Of a DNA stretch of 64,000 nt, positions 1-8,844 are shown in pieces. Position 1 is the stretch's first letter. Each line of letters starts with the position of its first letter. Source of the stretch: an uncultured Clostridia bacterium (GTDB lineage Bacteria; Bacillota; Clostridia; Christensenellales; UBA1242); contig CAMRSX010000003.1 in the NCBI GenBank assembly GCA_947053595.1, positions 15,596 to 79,595 on the forward strand. Reading direction: 5' to 3'. The notes under the pieces are model-generated. The model had not been told where the DNA came from. It was given only the letters and a program-made list of their open reading frames with translations, and ran no database searches. Made by a program: the position numbers and the translations under genes.

Positions 1-1
1 A

Positions 2-124
2 CTTTTGATTGAAAACATAACAAACTTGGCGGGCGAAGAGATTTCTTCTGCCAAGGTGGTGCAAGAGCGAGTGAGTATTCCTTGCGCCTTGCCGCTGAAA
101 AAGGGTGACATCTTGAGAAGGTGA
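2..124 (+). CDS. C-terminal end (40 aa) of an unidentified CDS entering from upstream of the window
   Basis: Frame 2 is open from the window edge to TGA at 122-124 (…AKVVQERVSIPCALPLKKGDILRR). No family recognised. Confidence 0.35.
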   Translation, partial: LLIENITNLAGEEISSAKVVQERVSIPCALPLKKGDILRR

Positions 125-258
125 ATGTTTAAAAACAGATGAAAGAGCAAAAAAAGGAAAAAAATAATAGCTTTTTTTAATTGATTTGACATTGCTTTTG
201 AAAATTTGTTATGCTTATTTGGAAGAAGCAGTGACAAAAAAACACTTTGAAAGGTTGA

Positions 259-759
259 ATGATGGCAATTATTAACATTAAAAACATTGAGAATGTTGAG
301 GGGAAATATCACGTGATGTTTTTTGAGGGGAAAAACATCATTGAGGCGGCAAAAAATGATTTGCGATATGCCTTGATTTCTCTTTTGCTGTTTGCCTTGG
401 TTTTGGTGGCTTGCATCATTCTTTCGGGTTTTAATTTGTATTACATTGGCTTTGGCTTGGTTTTTTTGCTGTTTTTTCTCTTGATTTTCATATATTTGCA
501 GCGAGAAAAGCGAAAGGGCGTGAAGCAGTGCATTTATGCCGTGCAAAACTCCAGAACCACAGACATCATCAACAAACAGGTGGACAATCGCAAGGCAACC
601 AAGGCTTTTGTGCGCTCTATGAGCACAACTTTGGACAAATATGATGTGAAGAAAAAATATCCGCATCTTTTGCAAAAATATAAGCGCAGACGCAGACATA
701 ATCACATTGTGGGCATAATAACACAGTTTGAAGAGGACAACAAACAAAAAAATAAATGA
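259..759 (+). CDS. Hypothetical membrane protein with two hydrophobic helices and a basic C-terminus
   Basis: 166-aa ORF. AAGG lies 5 nt upstream of the ATG. TM-like stretch LISLLLFALVLVACIILSGFNLYYIGFGLVFLLFFLLIFIY. A terminator follows. Confidence 0.55.
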   Translation: MMAIINIKNIENVEGKYHVMFFEGKNIIEAAKNDLRYALISLLLFALVLVACIILSGFNLYYIGFGLVFLLFFLLIFIYLQREKRKGVKQCIYAVQNSRTTDIINKQVDNRKATKAFVRSMSTTLDKYDVKKKYPHLLQKYKRRRRHNHIVGIITQFEEDNKQKNK

Positions 760-773
760 AGCATACAAAATTT

Positions 774-799
774 AAGAGGAAAATCTCCTCTTTTTTTTT
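774..799 (+). terminator. Rho-independent terminator
   Basis: Stem aagagga/tcctctt with a 5-nt loop, followed by T9. Confidence 0.7.
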
Positions 800-908
800 A
801 AAATCAACTTTGTTACATATAATAAATTGTGTAATTTATGTGTAAAATTTTGCCTAATTTCTTGACAAAACCTTGCGCGGAGAGGTAAAATGCACTTGGA
901 GGCTAAAA

Positions 909-2183
909 ATGAAAAAATTTATTACCGCTTTTTCAATTGCGGCTGTCATGCTTGGAATTTCTTGCTTTGCTGGCTGCTGCTTCAACACATTTTCTATTGA
1001 GGATTTTAAGGCGTACATTTCGGATGAAAACACTTCTTCAAAGTTTGAAACAGGTTTTGACATTGAAGTGCAAGATGACACAGAAATCTTTCTTAAGGGA
1101 AGAATTTTGTCTGCAAGCAACTTAAGTTTGGACATCTATGGAACTGATTATTACATCAACGGCGATGGTTTTGTTTATGTTGATGATGGTGCAAAAAAAA
1201 GCAAAGTGGAAACTGCAGTTTTTGACGCTCATGACTATTATGGCGCTGTTGCAGACTTGATGGACACGGTGAAAGGCTATTTGTCCGACCTGAAATCCAG
1301 CATTTTGGACGACGCATCATATTACAAAGGCGTCAGCAAGAATGAGGCAGATGGCAGCACAAAATACACCTTGGACGACAACTTCTATGACGGAGATTTT
1401 GATTATCGCGAAATTTTGGAAGTGACATATAAAGACAACAAAATTGAAAGCTATGTTGATGCAATCAGTGGCGAAAACACCTCAAGCAGAGACCAAACCA
1501 TCACCATAACACGCACAAGCGAGGCAATCACTGCTCCAGATTTGAGTGAGTTTACGCAATATCTCACTGCGGAAGCTTTTGTGGAATTTCTTGAAAACCC
1601 TGACAATGTCAGCGATATGAGCCACTACACATACAGCATTGAGACTGAAAACGGTCTTGCTTCAGGGGAATATCACGAAACTGAAGATGGAGCTTTGCTG
1701 AAGCTTTATGGTTGGGAAAATCATAACAGAGTTTATGAACTTTATGTTGTGAAAGGAAAGGTTTATGTCGAGCGCTTCACTTCAACTCCATCTGAGAAAT
1801 TTTGCTTTGATTTAAACACCACAGACAGTTATTTTGCCAGCAGCTTTGCCGCTTATGCAAAAGACGCAATGCAGTTTTCTGACAACTATGCGCTTGAAAT
1901 CTTAAAAGACGCATCATACCCAGGCTATGAGATTGATGAAATTGCAAAGAAAGAAAAGAATGGAAAAGTTGAAATCACCATAAAGAAACATAGGTCAACC
2001 GCAGCATCCCAAACTGCTATGTTGAAATATCATTATGATGCTGGAAAGATGGACAGTGTGAAAATCTATTATTCCAACACACAAACCGTCATCAGTGCAA
2101 CAGCTTTGCCAGTTTCAACCTTCCAAATTCCAGACCTTGAAGATTATAAGTATGTCACAGACTCTAACGAACTTCACGCCTGA
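909..2183 (+). CDS. Putative lipoprotein of unknown function
   Basis: ATG at 909 preceded by GGAGG. N-terminus MKKFITAFSIAAVMLGISCFAGC resembles a signal peptide plus lipobox. Upstream TTGACA-18-TAAAAT at 862-891. Confidence 0.6.
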   Translation: MKKFITAFSIAAVMLGISCFAGCCFNTFSIEDFKAYISDENTSSKFETGFDIEVQDDTEIFLKGRILSASNLSLDIYGTDYYINGDGFVYVDDGAKKSKVETAVFDAHDYYGAVADLMDTVKGYLSDLKSSILDDASYYKGVSKNEADGSTKYTLDDNFYDGDFDYREILEVTYKDNKIESYVDAISGENTSSRDQTITITRTSEAITAPDLSEFTQYLTAEAFVEFLENPDNVSDMSHYTYSIETENGLASGEYHETEDGALLKLYGWENHNRVYELYVVKGKVYVERFTSTPSEKFCFDLNTTDSYFASSFAAYAKDAMQFSDNYALEILKDASYPGYEIDEIAKKEKNGKVEITIKKHRSTAASQTAMLKYHYDAGKMDSVKIYYSNTQTVISATALPVSTFQIPDLEDYKYVTDSNELHA

Positions 2184-2190
2184 TGAAAAT

Positions 2191-2224
2191 AAAAAAACAA
2201 GTTGAAATAAACTTGTTTTTTTTG
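2191..2224 (+). terminator. Rho-independent terminator
   Basis: A-run, 7-bp stem acaagtt/aacttgt, then T8. Confidence 0.75.
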
Positions 2225-2241
2225 TTGCTTTTGCAATTCAC

Positions 2242-2270
2242 TTGCAATTTTTTGCATAATTTGCTATACT
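2242..2270 (+). promoter_or_regulatory. Sigma-A type promoter upstream of alaS
   Basis: TTGCAA at 2242-2247, exact 17-nt spacer, TATACT at 2265-2270. RBS AAGGAG precedes the ATG at 2301. Confidence 0.6.
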
Positions 2271-2300
2271 TTTTTTGCTTTAAGGAGATTTTAAGAAAAT

Positions 2301-4118
2301 ATGAAAACAGACAGGCAGATGAAAAACCTTTGGTTTAAATTTTTTGAAAAGCATGGCTTTAAAAGAATTGAAAGCGCATCGGTGATTCCAGAAAATGACC
2401 CAACAGTGCTTTTCACCACAGCGGGAATGCACCCTCTTGTGCCATATCTTTTGGGGGAGAAGCATCCTGTTGGCAACAAGCTTTTTGACATCCAAAGGTG
2501 CATCCGCACAAGCGACATTGATTCGGTTGGCGATGACAGCCATCTCACCCTTTTTGAAATGTTGGGAAATTGGTTTTTGGGCAGCTGTCCAAAAGAGGAG
2601 ATGATTAAGCTTTCTTTTGAATTTATGACAAGCAAAGAATATCTTGGCATTCCTGTTGACAAATTTGCTGTGACAGTGTTTGCGGGCAACGATGTTGCGC
2701 CTCGCGACGAACAGGCTGCCAATGCTTGGATTGAAGCGGGCGTCAAAAAAGAAAACGTGTTTTTTGTTTCTGACAACTGGTGGGCTCTTGGCAGTGGCGT
2801 TGGGCCATGCGGGCCAGACAGCGAAATGTTTTTGGACACTGGCAAGCCAAAGTGCTGCGAAACTTGCTCTCCTGCTTGCGATTGTGGAAAATATTTGGAA
2901 GTTTGGAACGATGTTTTCATGCAATATAAGGTGGAGAAGGCTGGCGAAAAGGCGGAAAAACTTGCTTGCCCAAACATCGACACAGGCATGGGGCTGGAGC
3001 GCGCTGTGGTTGTTTTGAACGGCGTCAACAGCATATATGAAGTTGGCATATTCAAGAGGGTGATTGATTTTATTGAAAGCAAAGCAGAAGTGAAATATCT
3101 TGCTGACGAAAAGTCAAAACGCTCTTATCGCATCATCACTGACCACTTGCGTTCTTCCACCTTCATCTTGGGAGATTTTCGCGGGGTGGCGCCATCCAAT
3201 GTGGGGCAAGGCTACATTTTGAGGCGCTTCATCCGTCGCGCGGTCAATTGCGCCAGAAACATTGGCTTTGACACAAAATATTTTGCTGACATTGTGGATT
3301 TGTTTGTGGACGAGCACGGGCAAGATTATGCCGACATCAAGGCAAACAGACAGAAAATTGTGGACGAACTTAAAAGCGAAGTTGACAAGTTTTCCAAAGC
3401 GTTGGAAGAGGGGCACAAAGAGTTTGAAAAGGTGCTTGCTGGCATTGAAAAGCACAAGGCTTTTGCTGCGGCAAAAGGCGAAGTTGTGGAGGATGTCATC
3501 TCTGGAAAGGCGTGCTTTAGGCTGTATGACACCTTTGGCTTTCCGTTTGAACTGACAAAAGAGCTTGCGCTCGAGCGCGGCTATGTGGCCGACGAAGAGG
3601 GTTTTAAGAAGGCGTTTGAAGAGCATCAAGAAAAAAGCAGAACAGCGTCTGCGGGCGTGTTTAAGGGCGGGCTTGCAGATGGCAGCTATGAAAGTGCAAA
3701 GTTGCACACTGCCACACATTTGATTATGGCGGGCTTAAGAAAGCAGTTTGGCTCACAGGTTATGCAAAAGGGCTCCAACATCACGCCAGAAAGGCTGAGA
3801 ATTGACTTTAATTTAGACCACAAAATGACGCCTGAAGAATTGGAAACGCTGGAAAATTTTGTGAACGACGCCATCAAAGAAGGCATCCCTGTGATTTGCA
3901 ACGAGATGAGTTTGGAAGAAGCAAAAGACAGCGGGGCTGTGGGCGTGTTTGACAGCAAATATGGGCAAATTGTGAAGGTTTATTCTGTTGGCGAGGTTTC
4001 AAAAGAAATCTGCGGCGGCCCTCACGCCAAAAACACTGCCGACCTTCATCACCTAAAGATTGTGAAAGAGGAAAGTTCCTCCAGTGGCATTCGCAGAATC
4101 AAGGCAATTTTGGATTAA
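2301..4118 (+). CDS. alaS: Alanine--tRNA ligase, short form (605 aa) with catalytic, tRNA-recognition and editing domains but no C-Ala domain
   Basis: Motifs FTTAGM, QRCIR, FEMLGNW, GPCGPDSE, VWNDVFMQ, IDTGMGLER, YRIITDHLR, PSNVGQGYILRR. Editing-domain motifs HTATHL and CGGPH. The ORF ends right after IRRIKAILD. Confidence 0.85.
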   Translation: MKTDRQMKNLWFKFFEKHGFKRIESASVIPENDPTVLFTTAGMHPLVPYLLGEKHPVGNKLFDIQRCIRTSDIDSVGDDSHLTLFEMLGNWFLGSCPKEEMIKLSFEFMTSKEYLGIPVDKFAVTVFAGNDVAPRDEQAANAWIEAGVKKENVFFVSDNWWALGSGVGPCGPDSEMFLDTGKPKCCETCSPACDCGKYLEVWNDVFMQYKVEKAGEKAEKLACPNIDTGMGLERAVVVLNGVNSIYEVGIFKRVIDFIESKAEVKYLADEKSKRSYRIITDHLRSSTFILGDFRGVAPSNVGQGYILRRFIRRAVNCARNIGFDTKYFADIVDLFVDEHGQDYADIKANRQKIVDELKSEVDKFSKALEEGHKEFEKVLAGIEKHKAFAAAKGEVVEDVISGKACFRLYDTFGFPFELTKELALERGYVADEEGFKKAFEEHQEKSRTASAGVFKGGLADGSYESAKLHTATHLIMAGLRKQFGSQVMQKGSNITPERLRIDFNLDHKMTPEELETLENFVNDAIKEGIPVICNEMSLEEAKDSGAVGVFDSKYGQIVKVYSVGEVSKEICGGPHAKNTADLHHLKIVKEESSSSGIRRIKAILD

Positions 4119-4144
4119 TTGAAAATTAATTCAAAACGCAATCG

Positions 4145-4173
4145 TTGACATAATTGCACTTTTATGATACAAT
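4145..4173 (+). promoter_or_regulatory. Sigma-A type promoter with extended -10
   Basis: TTGACA at 4145-4150, 17-nt spacer ending in TGA, TACAAT at 4168-4173. Confidence 0.6.
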
Positions 4174-4215
4174 ATATATTGTAAGGCAGAATTTTTTGAA
4201 ATTAAGGAGTTTTTT

Positions 4216-5730
4216 ATGGCTCAAGTGATTAAAAAGGGGTTTTTCTTCTATTTTGGATTGTTCATCTTGATGGCGGTGGCAGTGTTTTTGATTTGTCTTG
4301 TGATTATGATTTTCAATCCGGGCAAAACTGTGCTTTGGCTGCAATATTTCACAGCAAACACCACCATTCCTGTGAAGGAAACCACAGACGGAAGTGAAAT
4401 TGAAATCAACTGGGCATCGGTGCAAGAGGTGGAAATCAACTGCTCTTATGCAGATGTGACGGTGGAGCGCAACAACAACAGGGAATATCCTGAAGACGCT
4501 CTTTACATACGCAACAATGCCAAAGGCTTCACAACATCCAAAAACGCTGTGCCTTTTGAATATAACGTTTCTTTTGAGGAAGGCAAACTTTTGGTGAATG
4601 TGACAGAGCCACAAGGGTTTTTATATTTTTCAAAAAACATCCACATCATTCTTCACGCTTCCAGCGTGGACAACAAGCCAACCAACTTTGACACCATGGA
4701 TGTGCACGTAAAGACGGGCAGCGGCGATGTCAATTTGGGCGGAAATTTCAACATTGACGACAAAACAGCTGAAACAAAACTCAGGCTTAAATCTGCAAAT
4801 GTTGAGACAGCAAGCGGACACATCAGAGTTTCTGACAACATCAACACAAATCAAATTCAAAGCTTGAAATTGAAGACGGAAACAGGTGACATCTCTGCCA
4901 CGCAAAAGTTTGATTATGTCTCAACAGAAACCTCAGGGCTGCACATCACCAACTCTGATTGCAATGTGTTTTTGACAACAGACAAGGGCTCAATCTCTTC
5001 GGAAATGATTAATGTTGCTGGCAGTCTTGAAATCACAAACAAGCGCGGCACGGTGGTGTTTGACAAAATGCGCGCATCAGAAATTAAGTTCACATCTTGC
5101 GTGCAAGGAAACTTCAAGTTGGGCGAAGTTTTTGGAAGCATTGATTTTGACTCTCAAGATTCCATCCTTTCGCCAAACATCATCATTGACAAGGTGCATG
5201 GAGACTTCATTTTATACACCAAAGAAGGCTTCAAAAGTGCGCCAGACATCAACATTGGCGAAGTTTTGGGCATGTTGGATGTCAACTCCATCAACGGCAA
5301 ACTGATTGTTGGAAAGGTTGCTGGCACCGTTAACGTGGTGAGCAGCGATGCACTTTCTGTGGATGTTGGCATTGCAAGCGAAAACAACAACTGGATTTCG
5401 GTGACGGACAAAAACGGTAATGTCAAATTGCAGTTTGCAGGACGCGTTTCGGAATCCAAAAACAACTCGGAAGGGGAATTAACCAGCGGCGTTGTTGTTT
5501 CAACAGACAAAGGCAATGTCACAATCAATGTAACAAACGTTGCAAAGTTTGAAGCAAGCCTGTTTTGGAACAACCTTGAAAAAACCATGCTTGCCGATTC
5601 CAACATTGGGGTCAACATTGGCGGAACAACACTCAACTCTGTCAACCCACGCATCAAAATTGGCAAAGGCGGCACAATGGAAATTGTCACAAATGCGCGC
5701 GTGGATTTCAACTTGGTGGAAGTGGCTTAA
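4216..5730 (+). CDS. Membrane-anchored beta-strand repeat protein (DUF4097 / putative-adhesin-like)
   Basis: N-terminal TM helix. Repeated short motifs follow: TGSGDVNLGG, TASGHIRVS, TETGDISAT, TDKGSISS, NKRGTVVFD, SINGKLIV, DKNGNVKLQ, TDKGNVTIN. Confidence 0.5.
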   Translation: MAQVIKKGFFFYFGLFILMAVAVFLICLVIMIFNPGKTVLWLQYFTANTTIPVKETTDGSEIEINWASVQEVEINCSYADVTVERNNNREYPEDALYIRNNAKGFTTSKNAVPFEYNVSFEEGKLLVNVTEPQGFLYFSKNIHIILHASSVDNKPTNFDTMDVHVKTGSGDVNLGGNFNIDDKTAETKLRLKSANVETASGHIRVSDNINTNQIQSLKLKTETGDISATQKFDYVSTETSGLHITNSDCNVFLTTDKGSISSEMINVAGSLEITNKRGTVVFDKMRASEIKFTSCVQGNFKLGEVFGSIDFDSQDSILSPNIIIDKVHGDFILYTKEGFKSAPDINIGEVLGMLDVNSINGKLIVGKVAGTVNVVSSDALSVDVGIASENNNWISVTDKNGNVKLQFAGRVSESKNNSEGELTSGVVVSTDKGNVTINVTNVAKFEASLFWNNLEKTMLADSNIGVNIGGTTLNSVNPRIKIGKGGTMEIVTNARVDFNLVEVA

Positions 5731-5744
5731 AAAACAAAAATGAA

Positions 5745-5780
5745 ATAAAAAAATGCTATGAGGTTTCATAGCATTTTTTG
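5745..5780. terminator. Bidirectional rho-independent terminator
   Basis: 11-bp stem aaatgctatga/tcatagcattt flanked by an A-run and a T-run. It sits between convergent genes. Confidence 0.75.
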
Positions 5781-5804
5781 TTTGCGGTTTGTGTGCATGG
5801 CAGT

Positions 5805-5903
5805 TTAGTTGTTGCCCTCTTTTTCATCTGGGTGAGGAAACATGCTTTTTTCCAAAAGCTGGAACTGCTTGTCCATATATTCATTAAATTCTTTTAAAGT
5901 CAT
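5805..5903 (-). CDS. Micro-ORF (32 aa, MTLKEFNEYMDKQFQLLEKSMFPHPDEKEGNN) coupled to the upstream repeat-protein gene
   Basis: Its ATG (5903-5901) begins 1 nt after the upstream stop codon (TGAcATG). It ends TAA at 5807-5805, just before the terminator. It falls below the ORF-track size cut-off. Confidence 0.3.
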   Translation of the reverse strand: MTLKEFNEYMDKQFQLLEKSMFPHPDEKEGNN

Positions 5904-5904
5904 G

Positions 5905-7230
5905 TCACCAGCCCATTTCGCGCACTGCATTCATTGTGTTCACTTTTGGTGATTCAATTTTGTTTTTTTTGTTTTGGCTGCGCAGGGTGAGCATTTTCAC
6001 ACCAGCAACCTTTTTGGCTTCCACTTCTGCTTTGATTGAGCTTAATCTTTCGTCAAAAGCTTCAACAACCTCTGTTGGCACATTCATGGTATAGCCATTT
6101 TGCTTGCAGATTGCATTGAACTGCGCCTTTGTTCTTTTTTCAATGGCCTTCAACAAATCTCTGCGGGCATAGTAGTTAACATAAACATCAACTGGCAAAT
6201 CCTTGCTGTCCAGCTTTCCATTGAAGTATAAAATCAAAGCAGCTTTTGCGCGCTGGGAAGGTTTTCTTATTTCTTCTGGAATGGCAGCTTTCTGTTCGTC
6301 AGCAAAAGGGAACAGGGTGCCGTTATTTGAAGCACAATGATTGACATATTTTTGAGGGATAAGCGCAATTTGTTCATATGGATAATATTTCAACAAGTCG
6401 TCCAGCGTTCTGCCATTTGCAACGCATTGAAAAATGATTGCTGATGGCACACTCTCTCTTTGTGTTTGTGACAGATTGTCTAGGCTTCTGCTTTTCAAAA
6501 CATACTGATTGACAATGTTTTGAGGGATGAGTGCAATTTGCACTTCTGAAAAATATCCCAAGTTTCCACCATTTGCTGCGCGCTGATTGATGTAGTCCTG
6601 AGGAATGGCAGCAATCTGTTCTTCTGAAAGGCAATCCAAGCAAGTGCCAGTTGCGGCAAATTGATTTATGCATTCTTGAGGGATGGCGGCTTTTTGTTCT
6701 TTTGTGAAAAAGTATAATTCTGCGCCGTCAGCCACGCGCTTGTTGACAACCTCTTGAGGGATGAGCGCAATTTGCGCTTCTGAAAAATATCCCAAGTTTC
6801 CACCATTTGCTGCGCGCTGATTGATAATCTCTTGAGGAATGGCAGTAATCTGCTCTTTTGAAAAATACTCCAAATTTTCAGAAACTTGTGCACACTCATT
6901 GACAATGTCCTGAGGGATATTAAAAATTTGTTGTTCTGTCAAAAAAGATAAAACTCCGCCATTTAAGGCGCGCCTGTTGATGCACTCTTGTGAGATGGAT
7001 GCAATCTGATTTTTTGACAAAAATGCCAAATCGCCGCCATTTAGTGCGCGCCTGTTGATGAATTCTTGTGGAATGGATGAAATCTTGTCTTTAAAGCCCA
7101 AAGGTGCGCCGGTTGCTGCATATTGATTGATGAATTCTTGTGAAATTTCTGAAAGCTCTTCTTTTGACAAGCAGGACAAAGCTCCGCCATTTGCAACATA
7201 TTGATTTATGTCGGCAAGTGTTAATCTCAT
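5905..7230 (-). CDS. Cytoplasmic protein with about 12 tandem 26-residue repeats plus a unique C-terminal domain of about 120 aa
   Basis: Start moved to the ATG at 7230 (MRLTLADINQ…), which is preceded by AAGGAG. Repeat consensus IxxIPQExINxRAxNGGxLxxFSxEQ. No signal peptide. Confidence 0.7.
   Translation of the reverse strand: MRLTLADINQYVANGGALSCLSKEELSEISQEFINQYAATGAPLGFKDKISSIPQEFINRRALNGGDLAFLSKNQIASISQECINRRALNGGVLSFLTEQQIFNIPQDIVNECAQVSENLEYFSKEQITAIPQEIINQRAANGGNLGYFSEAQIALIPQEVVNKRVADGAELYFFTKEQKAAIPQECINQFAATGTCLDCLSEEQIAAIPQDYINQRAANGGNLGYFSEVQIALIPQNIVNQYVLKSRSLDNLSQTQRESVPSAIIFQCVANGRTLDDLLKYYPYEQIALIPQKYVNHCASNNGTLFPFADEQKAAIPEEIRKPSQRAKAALILYFNGKLDSKDLPVDVYVNYYARRDLLKAIEKRTKAQFNAICKQNGYTMNVPTEVVEAFDERLSSIKAEVEAKKVAGVKMLTLRSQNKKNKIESPKVNTMNAVREMGW
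6268..7230 (-). repeat. Tandem 78-bp coding repeats with a higher-order 234-bp near-duplicate
   Basis: 12 consecutive units of 26 aa. Units INQRAANGGNLGYFSE(A/V)QIALIPQ are nearly identical at the DNA level (about 6540-6600 versus 6775-6835). Confidence 0.8.
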
Positions 7231-7267
7231 AAAAAAAACTCCTTTTTGCAAATTTCTTTGCGTCAAT

Positions 7268-7296
7268 ATTATATCATATTGAGGCAGATTTGTCAA
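7268..7296 (-). promoter_or_regulatory. Consensus sigma-A promoter for the repeat-protein gene
   Basis: On the minus strand: TTGACA (7296-7291), 17 nt, TATAAT (7273-7268). Confidence 0.65.
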
Positions 7297-7473
7297 TATC
7301 CTGTCTGGAACGCGTGCTTTTAAAGCGTCTGCTTGAAAGAAAAAGTGGATGGTTTTTTGGCTGAAAAAAAGCCACTTTGCAGTCTTTGCCCAAATCGTTA
7401 AAGCAAAAAAACGTGAATGGAAATTAATTTGGATTTTGATGCCTTTGAATTTGTTTCTTTTTTAAAACTTTCT

Positions 7474-7502
7474 TTGCAAATTGGGGGCAAGTGTGATAAA
7501 AT
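7474..7502 (+). promoter_or_regulatory. Sigma-A type promoter upstream of rmuC
   Basis: TTGCAA at 7474-7479, 17-nt spacer, TAAAAT at 7497-7502. Confidence 0.55.
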
Positions 7503-7525
7503 AAATCATATAAGTGAGGTGAAGC

Positions 7526-8815
7526 ATGATTGCGTTGTATGTTTTGTTGGGTGTGTGCATTTTGATTGGATTTGTCACTGTGGTTGTGTGCCTTAAGACG
7601 CGCAACAAAAGCGAAATTTCTGAGGGCGACAAAGAAGAATTGAAGAAAAGCTTTGGAAGCAATGTGGATTTTATCAGCAAAACGCTAAGTGAAACGCAAC
7701 GCGCCAACAACGAGGCAGTGTTGCAGACCATTCGCGCGTTTGGGGAAAACTTGTCGGGCAACACGCAGGCATTGGAAAAGAGGATGTTGGAGCTTATCAG
7801 GCAGCTGGACGAGCGTATGCAAAACAATTCCAAACTGACGGAAGAGAAGTTGGAGGCAATCAGGCAAAGCAACGAGCGCAACATCAAATCTCTTCAAGAA
7901 GACAACAATCGTCAGTTGGACAAGATGCGCGAAACTGTGGACGAAAAGCTTTCAAAAACCATCAATCAGCGCTTTGAAGAAAGCTTTAAGGTGCTTTCAA
8001 ATCAGCTGGAAAGTGTTTACAAATCTTTGGGAGAGATGCAAAACATCGCCACAGATGTTGGAAGTCTAACCAAAATGCTTTCAAATGTAAAGACAACTGG
8101 TGTTTTTGGGGAAATTCAGTTGGCGGCAATTTTTGACCAAATGCTGACAAAAGACCAATATCAAACAAACTTTGTCACCGGCGAGGGCAGAGAGCCAGTG
8201 GAATTTGCCATTAAGCTTCCAGGACAAGTGGACGGTGAGTTTGTTTATATGCCAGTGGACAGCAAGTTTCCTTACACGGTTTACAGCGATTTGCAAGCCG
8301 CCTATGACAAAAACGATTTTGAACTTGTCAAGGAAAAGAAAGACCAACTGAAAAACACCATTCGCGTCATGGCAAAGGACATCAACACAAAATATGTCTG
8401 CCCGCCAAAAACCACCAATTTTGCAGTTATGTTTTTGCCTGTTGAAGGGCTTTATGCCGAAGTGGCAAAGCTGGGGCTGATTGAAGAGTTGCAAAGTAAA
8501 TTCAACATCACCATTGCGGGACCAACCACCATGTCTGCACTGTTAAACAGTCTGCAGATGGGCTTCCGCACGCTTGCCATTCAAAAGAAATCGGGCGAGG
8601 TGTGGAAGATTTTGGGCGCAGTGCGCACCGAATTTGAAAAGTTCAATGGCATTGTGGACAAAATTCACGTTCAGTTTGAAAAAACCAGCAAAGATTTTGA
8701 CGCCCTTGTGGGCACTCGCAGCAGACTGATTGCCAGCAAACTGCGTGCGGTTGAAAGATTGGACATGAAAGAAACCGCCAACCTCCTTGGCATTGAAGAG
8801 GAAAGCGAAGCTTAA
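7526..8815 (+). CDS. rmuC: DNA recombination protein RmuC
   Basis: 429 aa with an N-terminal TM helix, a long coiled-coil and a C-terminal nuclease-like region (…FAVMFLPVEGLYAE…). This is typical RmuC architecture. Confidence 0.75.
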   Translation: MIALYVLLGVCILIGFVTVVVCLKTRNKSEISEGDKEELKKSFGSNVDFISKTLSETQRANNEAVLQTIRAFGENLSGNTQALEKRMLELIRQLDERMQNNSKLTEEKLEAIRQSNERNIKSLQEDNNRQLDKMRETVDEKLSKTINQRFEESFKVLSNQLESVYKSLGEMQNIATDVGSLTKMLSNVKTTGVFGEIQLAAIFDQMLTKDQYQTNFVTGEGREPVEFAIKLPGQVDGEFVYMPVDSKFPYTVYSDLQAAYDKNDFELVKEKKDQLKNTIRVMAKDINTKYVCPPKTTNFAVMFLPVEGLYAEVAKLGLIEELQSKFNITIAGPTTMSALLNSLQMGFRTLAIQKKSGEVWKILGAVRTEFEKFNGIVDKIHVQFEKTSKDFDALVGTRSRLIASKLRAVERLDMKETANLLGIEEESEA

Positions 8816-8844
8816 ATTTTGATTTAAAATGGACGAAAAAAATT

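Noticed and set aside
2184-2300. T-box riboswitch leaders upstream of alaS (here) and leuS (51105-51149).
   Set aside because: The leaders are only 117 nt and 45 nt and are occupied by a terminator and promoter. There is no specifier hairpin or T-box sequence, so none is present.
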